A stretch of DNA of 64,000 nt from Verrucomicrobiota bacterium (GTDB taxonomy: Bacteria > Verrucomicrobiota > Verrucomicrobiia > Limisphaerales > JANNEF01): NCBI GenBank assembly GCA_031378375.1, contig JANNEF010000386.1:1332-65331 (forward strand). Reading direction: 5' to 3'. Position 1 is the first letter of the stretch. Every line of letters starts with the position of its first letter. Below, piece after piece: positions 9,825 through 20,553 of this stretch. The position numbers and the translations under genes were made by a program. The notes beneath the pieces were generated by a model. The model searched no databases and was not told the DNA's origin. It saw only the letters and a program-made list of their open reading frames with translations.

Positions 9825-9883
9825 GCCGTGGTGCGTGAATTCGGTTCGTCCGTCCCGCGCGGTCTCACGCCACGCATCACGGC
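9825..9883. repeat. Inverted repeat between convergent genes (possible terminator or heptamer-type element)
   Basis: GCCGTGGTGCGTG ... CACGCATCACGGC, one mismatch. Confidence 0.6.
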
Positions 9884-10339
9884 CTACGCCGCCCGTTTGA
9901 GCATTTCGCGGTAGATGTGGAAAAACATGTCATTGTCCGCGACGGCCTTCTGGATGAGTTGAGTGAGCAGGAACATTTCCGAGGGGTTGACGACGGCGTG
10001 AACGCCCTGTTGGAAGGCTTGCAGCGGATTGAAAGTGGCGAGGTTGAACCCAAACAGCACCGCCACCGCGTGGCGTCGCAGGTTCATCGGCATCCTTTGA
10101 AGGGCAATGAGGCTCTCGTTTTCTTCCGGCGTGGAGGCGGAAAACAATTCCTCGAGGATCACCACCTGATAAGGCACCTGGGCGAACTTGTGCAGGAATT
10201 CGCCGTGATTGACGGCGACATGCACTTTGTAGCCGAGTTGGTCCAATGCGGTCTTGGAGGTGTCGAGCAGTTCGGGCGTGGACAAGCCCAGCAGCGCGGG
10301 CTTGTCCTCCGCCGTAAGAAAATCAAAGTCGGTCGCCAT
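9884..10339 (-). CDS. Hypothetical protein, degenerate receiver-like fold, in the pilT operon
   Basis: 151-aa ORF directly downstream of a PilT-family gene; LGYKVHVA...YQVVILEE pattern. Confidence 0.65.
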   Translation of the reverse strand: MATDFDFLTAEDKPALLGLSTPELLDTSKTALDQLGYKVHVAVNHGEFLHKFAQVPYQVVILEELFSASTPEENESLIALQRMPMNLRRHAVAVLFGFNLATFNPLQAFQQGVHAVVNPSEMFLLTQLIQKAVADNDMFFHIYREMLKRAA

Positions 10340-10343
10340 GGGT

Positions 10344-11540
10344 CTATTTCAGTCGCAGAGTCGTGGGGAAGGAGTGTGGCCGGTTCGCCTTGGACTGGGT
10401 CATCCGCAAGTCGGAGATGTCCGTGGTATTTTCGCCGCGTGTTTTTTTGATGCCATCAATGCCACGGGAAACCGTGCCGCGCCTGCTGGAATAGAGCAGC
10501 GCGATTTCTTCGGATATGATACCGCTCTTAAAGGCTTCCAGGCAGGCGGTGTCGAAGGTGCGCCAGCCGTAGGTGGCACCTGCCTCGATGATCTCGTAGA
10601 AGCTTTTTCCCTCACTCTCGCCCTGCATGATGCTTTCCTTGGTGCGCAGGTTGGAACCCATGATTTCCAGCAGCGGAAAGCGTCCGCCGCCTTCCCGGGG
10701 AGCGAGGCGCTGGCTGACGACCCAGCGCAAGGTGTCGGCCAGGCGGTAACGCACTTGTTCTTGTTCGTCCGGCTCGAACAAGCCGAGGATGCGGTTGATG
10801 GTCTGGCCGGCGTCAATGGTGTGGAGGGTGCTGAAAACGAGGTGACCAGTTTCAGCGGCACTCAGGGCGATTTCCACCGTGGGCCGGTCGCGCATTTCGC
10901 CAACGAGAATGACTTTGGGTGCCTGGCGCAAAGCGGCGCGCAGGCCGTTGGCGAAGGAGTCGAAATCCGTGCCCATCTCGCGCTGGTTGAAGGTCGCCTT
11001 CTTCTGCGTGTAGATGAATTCCACCGGATCTTCCAGCGTAATGACGTGGATGGCGGCGTTGTGGTTGATCTCCTCCAGCACGGCGGCCAGCGTGGTGGAC
11101 TTGCCGGAACCGGTCGCGCCTGTCACCAGCACCAGGCCGGTCTTTTCCTTGGCGGCTTGCAGCACGATGTCCGGCAGGTTGAGATCAGCGATGGTCGGGA
11201 TGCGGGCGTTGAGTTTGCGCAGGACGACGGAGTAATTGCCCCGTTGCGAGAAGATGTTCACGCGGAACCGCGCGCGATCCGAAAGTGTGTACGACGAGTC
11301 GCACGAACCGCGGCGGAGCAAATCCTCGGTGAGGCGCTGGCTGCCACCGATGAGGTTGAGGGCCATCATCTCGGTCTGGAAGGGCGTGAGGCGATCGACC
11401 GGCGGGTTGATTTGTACGGGCAGCAATTCGCCGCCGACCTCGACTTGCAAGGGGCGGTCCACGCTGAAGTTGATGTCGGACACATCCTTGTTGTGCTCCA
11501 ACATGGTGCTCAGGATGTAATCGAGTTCGTTGCGGCGCAT
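10344..11540 (-). CDS. PilT/PilU family type IV pilus retraction ATPase
   Basis: Walker A GATGSGKS, EDPVE, LRQAPKVILVGEMRD, TGHLVFSTLH. Confidence 0.95.
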   Translation of the reverse strand: MRRNELDYILSTMLEHNKDVSDINFSVDRPLQVEVGGELLPVQINPPVDRLTPFQTEMMALNLIGGSQRLTEDLLRRGSCDSSYTLSDRARFRVNIFSQRGNYSVVLRKLNARIPTIADLNLPDIVLQAAKEKTGLVLVTGATGSGKSTTLAAVLEEINHNAAIHVITLEDPVEFIYTQKKATFNQREMGTDFDSFANGLRAALRQAPKVILVGEMRDRPTVEIALSAAETGHLVFSTLHTIDAGQTINRILGLFEPDEQEQVRYRLADTLRWVVSQRLAPREGGGRFPLLEIMGSNLRTKESIMQGESEGKSFYEIIEAGATYGWRTFDTACLEAFKSGIISEEIALLYSSRRGTVSRGIDGIKKTRGENTTDISDLRMTQSKANRPHSFPTTLRLK

Positions 11541-11630
11541 TCTGGGTTGGTTGAGCGTCGTTACCGTGGGGAGATGAAAGTCGCTGGGTCGGCGTTTTTC
11601 ATTTCCCCGTCGTCAATCATCGACATTTGT

Positions 11631-12725
11631 TCACACGTCATCGTCCAGTGGCGGCGTCGCCAGGAAGGGACGGAATTTCTTTTTGTCCAGACACTTGTCG
11701 TACGCTTCTTCGGGCGAAATGCGTTTCATCTTCAGATGATCCATGATCGAATCGTCCAGGGGCATGTTGCCCAATTTTTTACCGACCTGAATCATGCCGG
11801 GAAGCTGGTGTGTCTTGCCTTCGCGCACCAGGTTCGAAATGGCGGTGGTGAACACCAGCACCTCCAGGGCAGCCACCCGGCCCTTTTTGTCCACCCGCCG
11901 GAAAAGGTTTTGCGCCACGACGCCTCGAATCGCCTCGGAGAGCGTCGCGCGAATCTTGTTTTGCTGTTCGGAGGGAAACACATCGATGATACGGTCCACC
12001 GTCTTGGCCGCGCTTGGCGTGTGCAGCGTGCCGAACACCAGATGGCCGGTGCTGGCCGCCGTGATCGCCAGTTCAATCGTCTCCAAATCGCGCATTTCGC
12101 CGACGAGGATGACATCCGGGTCTTCGCGCAACGCGCCGCGCAACGCGCTGGAAAATGACTGCGTATGCACGCCCACTTCGCGGTGGTTCACCAGGCAGTT
12201 CTTGCTTTCATGCACGAACTCGATGGGATCCTCCACCGTCAGGATGTGGTCGCGCCGGTTCTTGTTTGCGTAATCAATCATCGCCGCCAGCGTGGTGGAT
12301 TTGCCGGAGCCGGTCGGCCCGGTCACGAGGACCAGTCCCTTGTGCAGCATGGTCAGCTTCTTCAACACCGCCGGCAGGGGCGCGTCGGCCTTTTCGAAAT
12401 CCTCGAACGAAAGCACCTTCGTCGGGATTTGCCGGAACACCGCGCCGATGCCGTTCTTTTGGTTGAAGAAGTTGGCGCGGAATCGGGATACGCTTGGAAT
12501 TTCGTAACCAAAGTCCACGTCGCCGGTTTCCTCGAAGATCTTGATCTTGTACTCCGGCGCGATTTCGTAGAGCATGGCTTTGAGCGTGTCGCTTTCCAGC
12601 GGCGGAAAGTCCACGCGCTGGAGTTCGCCATGAATTCGCAGGATGGGCGGGTTGCCCGATGAGAGGTGGAGGTCCGAAGCTTTCTGCTCGAACATTAAAT
12701 TGAAGAATGCGTCTATTTTAGCCAT
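11631..12725 (-). CDS. pilT: Type IV pilus twitching motility ATPase PilT
   Basis: ASDLHL, GPTGSGKS, LREDPDVILVGEMRD, AISNLVRE (AIRNLIRE-like); ATG at 12725. Confidence 0.95.
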   Translation of the reverse strand: MAKIDAFFNLMFEQKASDLHLSSGNPPILRIHGELQRVDFPPLESDTLKAMLYEIAPEYKIKIFEETGDVDFGYEIPSVSRFRANFFNQKNGIGAVFRQIPTKVLSFEDFEKADAPLPAVLKKLTMLHKGLVLVTGPTGSGKSTTLAAMIDYANKNRRDHILTVEDPIEFVHESKNCLVNHREVGVHTQSFSSALRGALREDPDVILVGEMRDLETIELAITAASTGHLVFGTLHTPSAAKTVDRIIDVFPSEQQNKIRATLSEAIRGVVAQNLFRRVDKKGRVAALEVLVFTTAISNLVREGKTHQLPGMIQVGKKLGNMPLDDSIMDHLKMKRISPEEAYDKCLDKKKFRPFLATPPLDDDV

Positions 12726-12780
12726 ACCAACTCCCACGGGTAGCAAAACCGATACCGCCGCCCGCCGTGTTCGAAACTTA

Positions 12781-13881
12781 ATGACCGAAATCGTCAGATT
12801 CCTGCGCCAGCAATGTGAACGACAAGGGATTATCCCCTTTGCTGACTTCATGCGGGGGGCTCTCTACTGCCCCAAACTTGGCTACTACGAGCAGGCGGGT
12901 GGCAGAATTGGCCGGGTTGGTGACTTCTACACCAGCGTTAGCACCGGCAGTTTGTTCGGGGAGTTGCTGGCGTTCCGGTTCGGCCAATGGCTGGACGAAT
13001 TGCCCCCTGGCCCCGTGCAATTGGTTGAAGCCGGTGCTCACGACGGCCGTCTCGCCGCCGACATTCTGGACTGGATAGGCAGAAAACGTCCGGCACTTCT
13101 GGAGCGCATGGAATACTGGCTCGTTGAACCGTCCGCACAACGGCAGTCCTGGCAGCGGGAAAAACTGGGGAAGGCTTCCCGGGCCGTGCGCTGGTTCAAT
13201 TCCTTTACCGCGTTGCCATCGTCGGGCGTTCACGGCGTCATCTTCGCCAACGAACTGCTCGACGCGCTCCCGGTGCGGCGGCTGGGCTGGGACGCCGTCG
13301 CCGGGTGCTGGTTCGAGTGGGGAGTGCGACTTCACGGTGACGATTTCGCCTGGGCGCGTCTGTCGGCGGGCGATTTGTCCGGCGACTTCCAAAGCGCGGG
13401 GATAATTTTGCCGGCGGAACTGTTGGCGGTGTTGCCGGACGGGTTCACCGTGGACCTCGGCCCGGAAGCGGCCGACTGGTGGCGCGCGGCGGCGCTAGTT
13501 TTGCGGCGTGGGAAATTGATCACCCTCGACTACGGCCTGACCGCCGGGGAATTCCTTGCGCCCGCGCGGGGAAAGGGAACTTTACGCGCCTACCACCGCC
13601 ATCACCTCGAAACCAATCCCCTGGCTCGCGCCGGGGAGCAAGACCTCACCGCCCACGTCAATTTCACCCACCTCCAGAAAGTTGGAGAAGCTGCGGGCCT
13701 GTGCACCGACGGTCTGCTGTCACAAACCCGGTTTCTCACGCACATCGCCGAACAAACCTGGCAGCCTGCGTCTGGTTTCGGCGAATGGACTTCCGCGCAT
13801 GTGCGCCAGTTCCAAACTCTCACTCATCCGGACCACTTGGGCCGGGCATTCCAAGTCTTGGTACAATCCAGCGGATCGTGA
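12781..13881 (+). CDS. MidA/NDUFAF7-like SAM-dependent methyltransferase
   Basis: FADFM..ALY.P..GYY, GDFYTS, EAGA, NELLDALP, DYG, QDLTAHVNF. Confidence 0.9.
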   Translation: MTEIVRFLRQQCERQGIIPFADFMRGALYCPKLGYYEQAGGRIGRVGDFYTSVSTGSLFGELLAFRFGQWLDELPPGPVQLVEAGAHDGRLAADILDWIGRKRPALLERMEYWLVEPSAQRQSWQREKLGKASRAVRWFNSFTALPSSGVHGVIFANELLDALPVRRLGWDAVAGCWFEWGVRLHGDDFAWARLSAGDLSGDFQSAGIILPAELLAVLPDGFTVDLGPEAADWWRAAALVLRRGKLITLDYGLTAGEFLAPARGKGTLRAYHRHHLETNPLARAGEQDLTAHVNFTHLQKVGEAAGLCTDGLLSQTRFLTHIAEQTWQPASGFGEWTSAHVRQFQTLTHPDHLGRAFQVLVQSSGS

Positions 13882-15548
13882 CGATCCGTCATGCTTGGAT
13901 TTCCAGCTTGTCGCCGCTGGTTTGCCCCGTTATCGCTAGCGTCGTTAAAAATAAATTTTCCAGCCTTCGAACGAAACGTCCGTTGGGCCTGACGCTAATC
14001 GCCGCTGCCTTTTTCGCCACGCGTCTTCCGGCGAACGAGCTGCCGCCCTCCTACGAAGTGGGCGATCTGGCGCGGGCGGACGTGACCACGCCGGTGCCGT
14101 TGATGGTGATCGACCTGGAACGCACCGAAAAACTCCGGCAACAAGAAGCTCAAAAACAGCCGGCAACTTTTCGCTTCCACGCCGAAGCGGCCGATGAAGT
14201 CGAGGCCGCTTTCCGCTCCGCTTTCGCCGTCACGCGCGCGAAGTTTCAATCTGCCACACAAACAAATTTCAACCGGCGGGTCCTCACCGCTCCGATGCTT
14301 GCCAGCGCGAAGTTTCAACGGCTCGTCGGCTCGTTTCAGAAACAAAACAAGTCTTTTCCCCTGAGCGCAAACCTGGCGCAACTCTGGGCGAAGGGGGAGG
14401 ACGACGAATTGCTTCAATCGGAATGGGCCATCCTGTTGCGCTCGTTCATGGGTCGTTTCCTTCGCGCCGAAGCACTTCCGGCGGATGCGAAAGTGGGGCC
14501 GGCGCAAGTGCGGATGATTCCGATCAACCCGGCCGCCGGGCCGCGCGCCACCAGCGTCAATCGCACGAATATTTTTCCGCTCTCCAAAGCGCGGCAGGAA
14601 CTGACGAAGAATTTCCCCCCGGATCAACAGGCCGCCGCAAAGTATCTGACGGCGTTCCTCAAGGAGAACTGCCGGTTCGATCCGGAGTTGACCCGTCAGT
14701 CCCGGGCACCAGGGGCCGGCCCGGTTTGGGCCGCCGCCCGCTTCGAGCCGGGCGAGACGATTATCCGGGCCGGCCAGATCATTGACCCGGGACTCAAGTC
14801 AGCTCTGGACCAACTGCGCGAAAAACTGCTGGTTGAACGAGCGCGCGCCGAAGCCGCGGAAGCCCAACGGCAGTCCCAGGCGGTCGTCGCCCGGCTCCAT
14901 GAACAAGCCGAACGCGAACGCATGAAGACGCACGCCGCGCGCACGCGCAACCGCTGGCTCTTGGCGGGGCTGACGGTGCTTGCGCTCGTATTCCTGATCG
15001 AACGGTTCCGTTTCGCGCGGCGAAAGCGCTCGCTGCTGCCGGCCCGCCTGCTTCACGGAGAGGCGGACGGATCGGTGATTTCCTGTCCGAGCTGCGCGGA
15101 GGTGGTGGTGATTCCCCGCACTGGGCCCGCTTTCGCGGTCACGTCCGATGTGTCGTTGCCGGACGACGCGCCAACGTGGAAAGAACGCGCTCTGGCCGCC
15201 GAGCGCCGCGCCGAACACGCCACCGCCCTGGTGCGCGCCGGCTTGCTCCCGCAGTTCGCGCGCTGGTTCAAGGACAAGCTGCTGTGCGGCCTGCTCGCGC
15301 AACGGGCGCAGTTGCTGGACACCCAGCAGATCGCCGCGGCGGAGCTGGATGAATTGGAGCGACGTCTGGCCAAAATCCACGCGCCACTGGCCGGACAGCT
15401 CAAGGATTACGAGCGGCGAATCGCGGAGTTGGAAAAAGAACTGGCGGTCAAAGGTGAACTGAACCGGGAGTTGATCCGGGCGAAGATTGCGGTTGCCCGC
15501 AAGCAACTCGAAGCCAGGCAGGCCGAACGAGGACAGGTATGGAATTGA
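13878..15548 (+). CDS. Membrane protein: 7TM-HD-type extracellular domain, single TM, CxxC and coiled coil
   Basis: YEVGDLARADVTTP and GETIIRAGQII motifs; TM near NRWLLAGL; CPSC; C-terminal heptads; GTG start overlapping upstream stop is uncertain. Confidence 0.65.
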   Translation: MTIRHAWISSLSPLVCPVIASVVKNKFSSLRTKRPLGLTLIAAAFFATRLPANELPPSYEVGDLARADVTTPVPLMVIDLERTEKLRQQEAQKQPATFRFHAEAADEVEAAFRSAFAVTRAKFQSATQTNFNRRVLTAPMLASAKFQRLVGSFQKQNKSFPLSANLAQLWAKGEDDELLQSEWAILLRSFMGRFLRAEALPADAKVGPAQVRMIPINPAAGPRATSVNRTNIFPLSKARQELTKNFPPDQQAAAKYLTAFLKENCRFDPELTRQSRAPGAGPVWAAARFEPGETIIRAGQIIDPGLKSALDQLREKLLVERARAEAAEAQRQSQAVVARLHEQAERERMKTHAARTRNRWLLAGLTVLALVFLIERFRFARRKRSLLPARLLHGEADGSVISCPSCAEVVVIPRTGPAFAVTSDVSLPDDAPTWKERALAAERRAEHATALVRAGLLPQFARWFKDKLLCGLLAQRAQLLDTQQIAAAELDELERRLAKIHAPLAGQLKDYERRIAELEKELAVKGELNRELIRAKIAVARKQLEARQAERGQVWN

Positions 15549-15603
15549 ACTGAAGCGCAAAGCGCCGGGACAAAAGGTGGCCGGTTGACCGCAGTTGCCT
15601 CAC

Positions 15604-16674
15604 TCACTCCACGCCGGCCTTCTGTTGCGAGCGCAACGCGTGTTCGTAGCATTCCAGCGCTTCATCGAACCGTTCAAGCTGGTTGAACAACCCGCCTTTG
15701 TGCAGCCAGGCCAGCGTCAACGTGGGGTCGGCGGCGATGGCGCGGTCGTAGCATTCCAGCGCGTCCTCCAGACGGTTGAGCCGTTCCAGGGTCGCGCCTT
15801 TTTTTACAAGTGCTTCCGCATGGTTGGGCTCCAGCGCCACCACCACTTCGAAACAGGCCAACGCCTGCTCGGCCTGGTTGAGGTTCAACAGCGTCTGGCC
15901 TTTGCCCAGCATCATGGCCACGCGCTCCGTGGTGTCGGTGTCGCTTGTATTGGCCGTGTCGGTGGTCGATGCCGGAGCGGCATCCGCGACGACGTCTTTC
16001 GCCGTTCCGTTGTGGTGACCGTTGACCAGCACTGCGGGCACGAGTTGGGCAGGGTGTTCAAGTTCGTTCACGCGCTTTTCGATGCGCTCAATCGCGCTGA
16101 GCAATTGCCGGCCGATGCTGTCGGGAGTGGGGAATCCGGCCGGCGGAGCGTCTCCCGCCGTGAGTGCCGCCGGCGTGAAGGCGGCCGTTCCACGAAACGC
16201 CGCCGCGAGGTCCACCAGGCGGTTCATCGCGCGCGACTGGAACCAGGCGGTAAGCAGCATGGTCAGGATGCCCGCGCTGGCGAACGTGCCGGCCACCATG
16301 AGCAACCAGCGGTTCGAAGCACGGGCGGTTTCGACTTCCCGCTCACGCTGGAGCGTGATGGCCTGCTCGATGGTTTTGAGCCGCGTGGTGATGGCGTCGG
16401 CGTTGCGCTTGGCCGCCGCGTCGTTCTCGGCCCGCGCCTGTTCGATGGCGAGCAGGGCGGTGTGCATCTGCTCCTGAAGCTGGAGGTAGGAGCGCATGGC
16501 CTGTTGGGCTTCGGGCGGTTTTTCCGACAATAGCTTGTCTGGGGGCTCTGCGGCGCTGTTGGTCTCACCGGTGAAGACGCTCGCGGCGGGGAAAACCTTC
16601 TCCACAAAAAACAGCAACAGCATGCTGACGAGAAAACCAGTCCGGCAAAGTCTGGCTACATTCCGTTGTGACAT
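15604..16674 (-). CDS. Tetratricopeptide repeat membrane protein
   Basis: Signal, coiled coil, TM and three TPRs (KG..L..L....ALECY). Confidence 0.85.
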   Translation of the reverse strand: MSQRNVARLCRTGFLVSMLLLFFVEKVFPAASVFTGETNSAAEPPDKLLSEKPPEAQQAMRSYLQLQEQMHTALLAIEQARAENDAAAKRNADAITTRLKTIEQAITLQREREVETARASNRWLLMVAGTFASAGILTMLLTAWFQSRAMNRLVDLAAAFRGTAAFTPAALTAGDAPPAGFPTPDSIGRQLLSAIERIEKRVNELEHPAQLVPAVLVNGHHNGTAKDVVADAAPASTTDTANTSDTDTTERVAMMLGKGQTLLNLNQAEQALACFEVVVALEPNHAEALVKKGATLERLNRLEDALECYDRAIAADPTLTLAWLHKGGLFNQLERFDEALECYEHALRSQQKAGVE

Positions 16675-16890
16675 AATGAAAACACTTGGTTAAAAGAACG
16701 TAGAAAGACGCTCGGCGATTGCAAGGTCAAAAGGAAATTCCATCACCGTTGGACTCGATCTCAACCCGTACCCAAGTCTTCTTTACGTCTGAACGTGGCA
16801 TTATCCAGCGGTTCCAGATGGCCGCGACTGTTGTGCGCCTGATTTCGAATCTGCCTGCAATCGGCTCACCAAAACCAACCTGCACACGGC

Positions 16891-18537
16891 TCACGAAGGC
16901 GACATCGGGGCCGCCGGATCTGTGCTCTGAGGCGAAGTTTCGACACTTGTTTCGGATACGACCGGAGCCGGTTCTGCCACCACTGCTACACTAGTCGCGT
17001 CGGGTGCCTCGCCGGCTTGACCGGTTGCGGTTTCGGTCGCGGCGCTGGCTAATGTTGCGCCAGGCACCGGTTTGGCCGCGGCGGGCTTCTCCGGTTTGAG
17101 CACGGGTTTCTTCGCGGTTTCCAACAGGCCGTTAGCAAACTCGATCACATGCCCCTGGTGAACCAGCCAGTGCAGATCGGAACGCACGGCGGTGCGTTCG
17201 GGCGAATCGGCGGGTTCCGCCGGCGCGGCCACGGCCTCACCTTCACCACTCGCGGGCGCGGAGGGCGCGGCCAACGGAGCCAGGGCGTCGAGCATCTGAC
17301 GGTGCGTGCACTTCGCGTTGGTGTTGATGTAATTGACGATGCGCCTGATGCCTTCGGAGACTGGTGAGGCGTCCACGTCGAGGTGATGTGGGCGGGCGAC
17401 GGCGACATGCGTGACGGTACGGTTGACCTTGAAAAATTGCAGTCCATGCCCGGCGAATTGCTGGCTGAGGACGGTCGCGATCTGGAGCGGGAAACGTTTC
17501 TGGTCTTCCCACGCGCTGCGGATGAGCCGCATGAGCGCGGGCGAGCGCAGGGTGCGGCTGGCGGCCCCGCCGAGGCGGAACGTCTCCACGGGTTTGATGA
17601 TGTTTGCCAGGTGCGCCTGGCGGAAATGCTTCTCGACCTCCTCGCGGCTGGCGAGCCGGAGCGGTTCGGGCAGGTTTAGGCAGACGTATTCGGTCCGCCA
17701 GCTCTGGTCTTCGACCCATTTTTTGACGACCTCCTCGTCGCGCACAATTTTCACGCGGGCCTTGAAGGCGTCGAAGGGCATGCGCGCGAAGCGTTCCGTG
17801 TGCAGTTTGCGGAGCTGGTTCTGGTAGTCGTGATGGTTGGGCGGGCCGAAGATGATGCCGCTCATGCCGCATTGGGCGACGAAGGTGTAGGTGCCCTTCG
17901 GCCCGTCAATCTGCGTGCGCTCCGGCTGGTAGAAGGTGGTGAAATGCTTGTCGAGGACGTAACGCACCGTTTCGTCTTCGGAGAGCCAGAGTGAATCGTC
18001 CAGCGCGCAAACAAACAACGGCTGGATGATCGTGCCGTCGGCTTTCTTGCAAACGCTGATCGTGACGGTGTGCCGCTCCGGTTTCGCCAGAATCATCTGC
18101 GCGATGTCGAACAATGGATAGGCGCGGCCCGTCATGCGAATCTGTCGCGCGAGCGAGTCCACACCCTTGTCGTCGGGGGTGAAGGCGACATTCAGTTCGA
18201 GCGACGGTTCGGGTGCGCGAGGCGGTTGATCACGACGGTCCGGTCCGGGGCCGGACCGGCGGTCGCTGGGGCCACGCCGGTCGTCACCTCGCGGCTGTGG
18301 CCGCGGACTGCCAGCTTGCGGCCGCGAACCGCCGCCTTGTGGCCGTGGACCACCTGGGCCGCGGCCGCCGGGTTGTTCGCGGCGCCGGGGCGGGCCGCGG
18401 CGGTCGTCCCGCCGGTCATCGGGCCGGGCGGTTTCGCCTTTGTAATTGGCGTAGCGATTGGCGTCCGGCGTTTGCTTCGCCCAAGCCGGCAGGAAGTGCA
18501 GCTCGAGGTCCAGATCAGTTTCAGGCGTATTGCTCAT
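16891..18537 (-). CDS. Conserved hypothetical protein with R/G/P-rich N-terminal tract
   Basis: Long ORF with host-like codon usage; ATG at 18537 (MSNTPETD). Confidence 0.75.
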   Translation of the reverse strand: MSNTPETDLDLELHFLPAWAKQTPDANRYANYKGETARPDDRRDDRRGPPRRREQPGGRGPGGPRPQGGGSRPQAGSPRPQPRGDDRRGPSDRRSGPGPDRRDQPPRAPEPSLELNVAFTPDDKGVDSLARQIRMTGRAYPLFDIAQMILAKPERHTVTISVCKKADGTIIQPLFVCALDDSLWLSEDETVRYVLDKHFTTFYQPERTQIDGPKGTYTFVAQCGMSGIIFGPPNHHDYQNQLRKLHTERFARMPFDAFKARVKIVRDEEVVKKWVEDQSWRTEYVCLNLPEPLRLASREEVEKHFRQAHLANIIKPVETFRLGGAASRTLRSPALMRLIRSAWEDQKRFPLQIATVLSQQFAGHGLQFFKVNRTVTHVAVARPHHLDVDASPVSEGIRRIVNYINTNAKCTHRQMLDALAPLAAPSAPASGEGEAVAAPAEPADSPERTAVRSDLHWLVHQGHVIEFANGLLETAKKPVLKPEKPAAAKPVPGATLASAATETATGQAGEAPDATSVAVVAEPAPVVSETSVETSPQSTDPAAPMSPS

Positions 18538-18726
18538 TCGATTTGAGGGCAGCGTGTAAACCACACTGCCATAAAAATTGCAGCGTAATGATGGTGTGGT
18601 CGGGAGCGGATTGCAAGCAATGGTTGGCCGGAAAAAGGGGCGCGGAGCGTGCCCCAAACGCCCTGCCCTTTCCGCAATCTCATTGTCATTTCCCTTCCGG
18701 CCCGTTAAACACCCTGTCGGCTACTG

Positions 18727-19254
18727 ATGAAACTCAACTCCAACTGGCGCATGGCCATCCTCGGCGCTTTCGTGCTGCTGCTCGACCAGTTGACCAAACT
18801 GATCGTCCTGCACTACCTGCCCGACATCGGCGATGAACGCGAGGTGCTTCCCGGCTTCTTCCGGCTGGTTCACTGGGGCAACACGGGCGCGGCGTGGAGC
18901 CTGTTTCGCGGGTACAACGGCGTGCTCGCGCTCGTCGCCATCGGCGCGCTCGTGGCGCTCGTGCTCACGCGCCACCACTTCGACGCGCATACCGTCGGCG
19001 GACAGATTTCGCTCGCGCTCATCTGCGGCGGCATCGTCGGCAACCTCGCTGACCGCCTGCGCGTCGGCCATGTGATTGACTTCCTCTATTTCTACGTGAA
19101 CCGCCGCGGCCTGCTGCCCGGCGACCCGCGCGCCGAAGCCGGCTTCCCCGCCTTCAATGTCGCCGACAGCGCCATCTGCGTCGGCGTGGGATTGCTGTTT
19201 CTCCTGTCCTGGACCAGCCAAAACGCCCGGCCAACGGCCGCCGCGCCCAAATGA
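18727..19254 (+). CDS. lspA: Lipoprotein signal peptidase II
   Basis: [31 protein letters not shown]. Confidence 0.95.
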   Translation: MKLNSNWRMAILGAFVLLLDQLTKLIVLHYLPDIGDEREVLPGFFRLVHWGNTGAAWSLFRGYNGVLALVAIGALVALVLTRHHFDAHTVGGQISLALICGGIVGNLADRLRVGHVIDFLYFYVNRRGLLPGDPRAEAGFPAFNVADSAICVGVGLLFLLSWTSQNARPTAAAPK

Positions 19255-20195
19255 CCAGCCGCACCGAGACCTTCACCATCGAACTGTCGCTCCCGCACGA
19301 GCGGCTTGATAAATTCCTCTGCACGCGCTTCCCGGCGGTGTCACGCGGAGCCATCCAGCGGCTCATGGAAGAAGGCCACATCACCGTCAACGGCCACCCC
19401 GTCAAACCCACCCACCCACCGCGTGCGGGCGAAGCGGTGCGCGTCCACTTCCCCGAAGCCAGGCCCGCCGAGGCCCAGCCCGAAGACATCCCGCTCGACA
19501 TTCTTTTCGAGGACGACCACCTGCTCATCCTCAACAAACCGCCCGGCCTCGTGGTGCATCCCGCCGCCGGCAACGAAGCCCACACCCTCGTCAACGCCCT
19601 GCTCCATCATTGCCGGGGCCGGCTCAGCGGCATCGGCGGCGTGGCGCGGCCCGGCATCGTCCATCGCCTCGACAAGGACACCAGCGGCTGCATGGTCGTG
19701 GCCAAGGACGACACCACGCACCAGGCGCTCGCCCTCCAGTTCGCCGAACGCAAAGTGGAGAAAATTTATCAAGCCATCCTCTGCGGCGAAGTGCCGCGCC
19801 TCACCGGCGACATCCGCGCCGCCATCGCGCGCCATCCCGCGCACCGCAAGCGCATGGCCGTGACCGACGGCGCCGGACGCGAAGCGTGGACCAGCTACCG
19901 CGTCGTCAAACGGCTGAACGCCGCGACGTTCGTGGAAGCGACCCTGCACACGGGACGCACGCATCAAATCCGCGTCCACTTCCAGCACCTCGGTTTTCCG
20001 GTGGCGGGCGACGACACCTACGGCCAGCGCCAGACCAAGCGCCTGACCGAACTGACCGGGTTCACCCCCGCGCGCGTGCTGCTGCACGCGCACAAGCTGG
20101 CCTTCACACATCCGCACACGGGGAAGAAGGTGGGCTACGAAGCGCCGCTGCCCGACGACCTGCGCGCCGCGCTGGCGGCGCTGCGGGTGGTTTGA
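19251..20195 (+). CDS. rluD: RluA/RluD family pseudouridine synthase
   Basis: S4 domain, [29 protein letters not shown]. Confidence 0.9.
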   Translation: MTSRTETFTIELSLPHERLDKFLCTRFPAVSRGAIQRLMEEGHITVNGHPVKPTHPPRAGEAVRVHFPEARPAEAQPEDIPLDILFEDDHLLILNKPPGLVVHPAAGNEAHTLVNALLHHCRGRLSGIGGVARPGIVHRLDKDTSGCMVVAKDDTTHQALALQFAERKVEKIYQAILCGEVPRLTGDIRAAIARHPAHRKRMAVTDGAGREAWTSYRVVKRLNAATFVEATLHTGRTHQIRVHFQHLGFPVAGDDTYGQRQTKRLTELTGFTPARVLLHAHKLAFTHPHTGKKVGYEAPLPDDLRAALAALRVV

Positions 20196-20199
20196 AGAA
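20139..20199 (+). repeat. Direct repeat copy 1 (3' end of rluD)
   Basis: 61 bp with 8 mismatches to 20828-20888. Confidence 0.9.
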
Positions 20200-20240
20200 T
20201 CAGTGACGCGCGGCCAAAAGAATTTCCGCTCGGTTTCCGC

Positions 20241-20552
20241 TTACAGCCTCATGTGCTGATTCCATCTGTTCCGAACAGCCTCCAGATCCGTCACGCTCAG
20301 ACTGCCCAGTCGTCGAAGCAAGACCGCCTTCTCGGCAGTAACAATCCGGTCGAGCCGCGCGACCGAGGGCTTGAGCAGTCCGGCAGACTGCCAATCGTTC
20401 AGCACGACATCCAGCGAGCCGGTGCGGAGAACAGATGTGATTCGGCAGATGATGACATCGTGTTGAAGATCGAACAGCACCAGGGCCGGGCGCACCTTGC
20501 TGGCGGTGCCGGAGGTGAATGGAAACTGACAGATGAATACTTCGCCGAACAT
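20241..20552 (-). CDS. mazF: PemK/MazF family toxin
   Basis: GEV....FPFT....KVRPALVL...ITS...GLLKPSVARLDRIVT. Confidence 0.9.
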   Translation of the reverse strand: MFGEVFICQFPFTSGTASKVRPALVLFDLQHDVIICRITSVLRTGSLDVVLNDWQSAGLLKPSVARLDRIVTAEKAVLLRRLGSLSVTDLEAVRNRWNQHMRL

Positions 20553-20553
20553 C

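Noticed and set aside
10254-12158. 634-aa plus-strand ORF (likewise 3867-5390, 29090-30448, 33089-34651, 42431-43603)
   Set aside because: Antisense shadows of well-supported genes in high-GC DNA, with no recognisable motifs
16675-16890. Longer intergenic regions (also 39900-40073 and 63420-63733) as tRNA, riboswitch or ncRNA loci
   Set aside because: No cloverleaf, T-loop or riboswitch consensus recognised by eye; an Rfam scan would be needed
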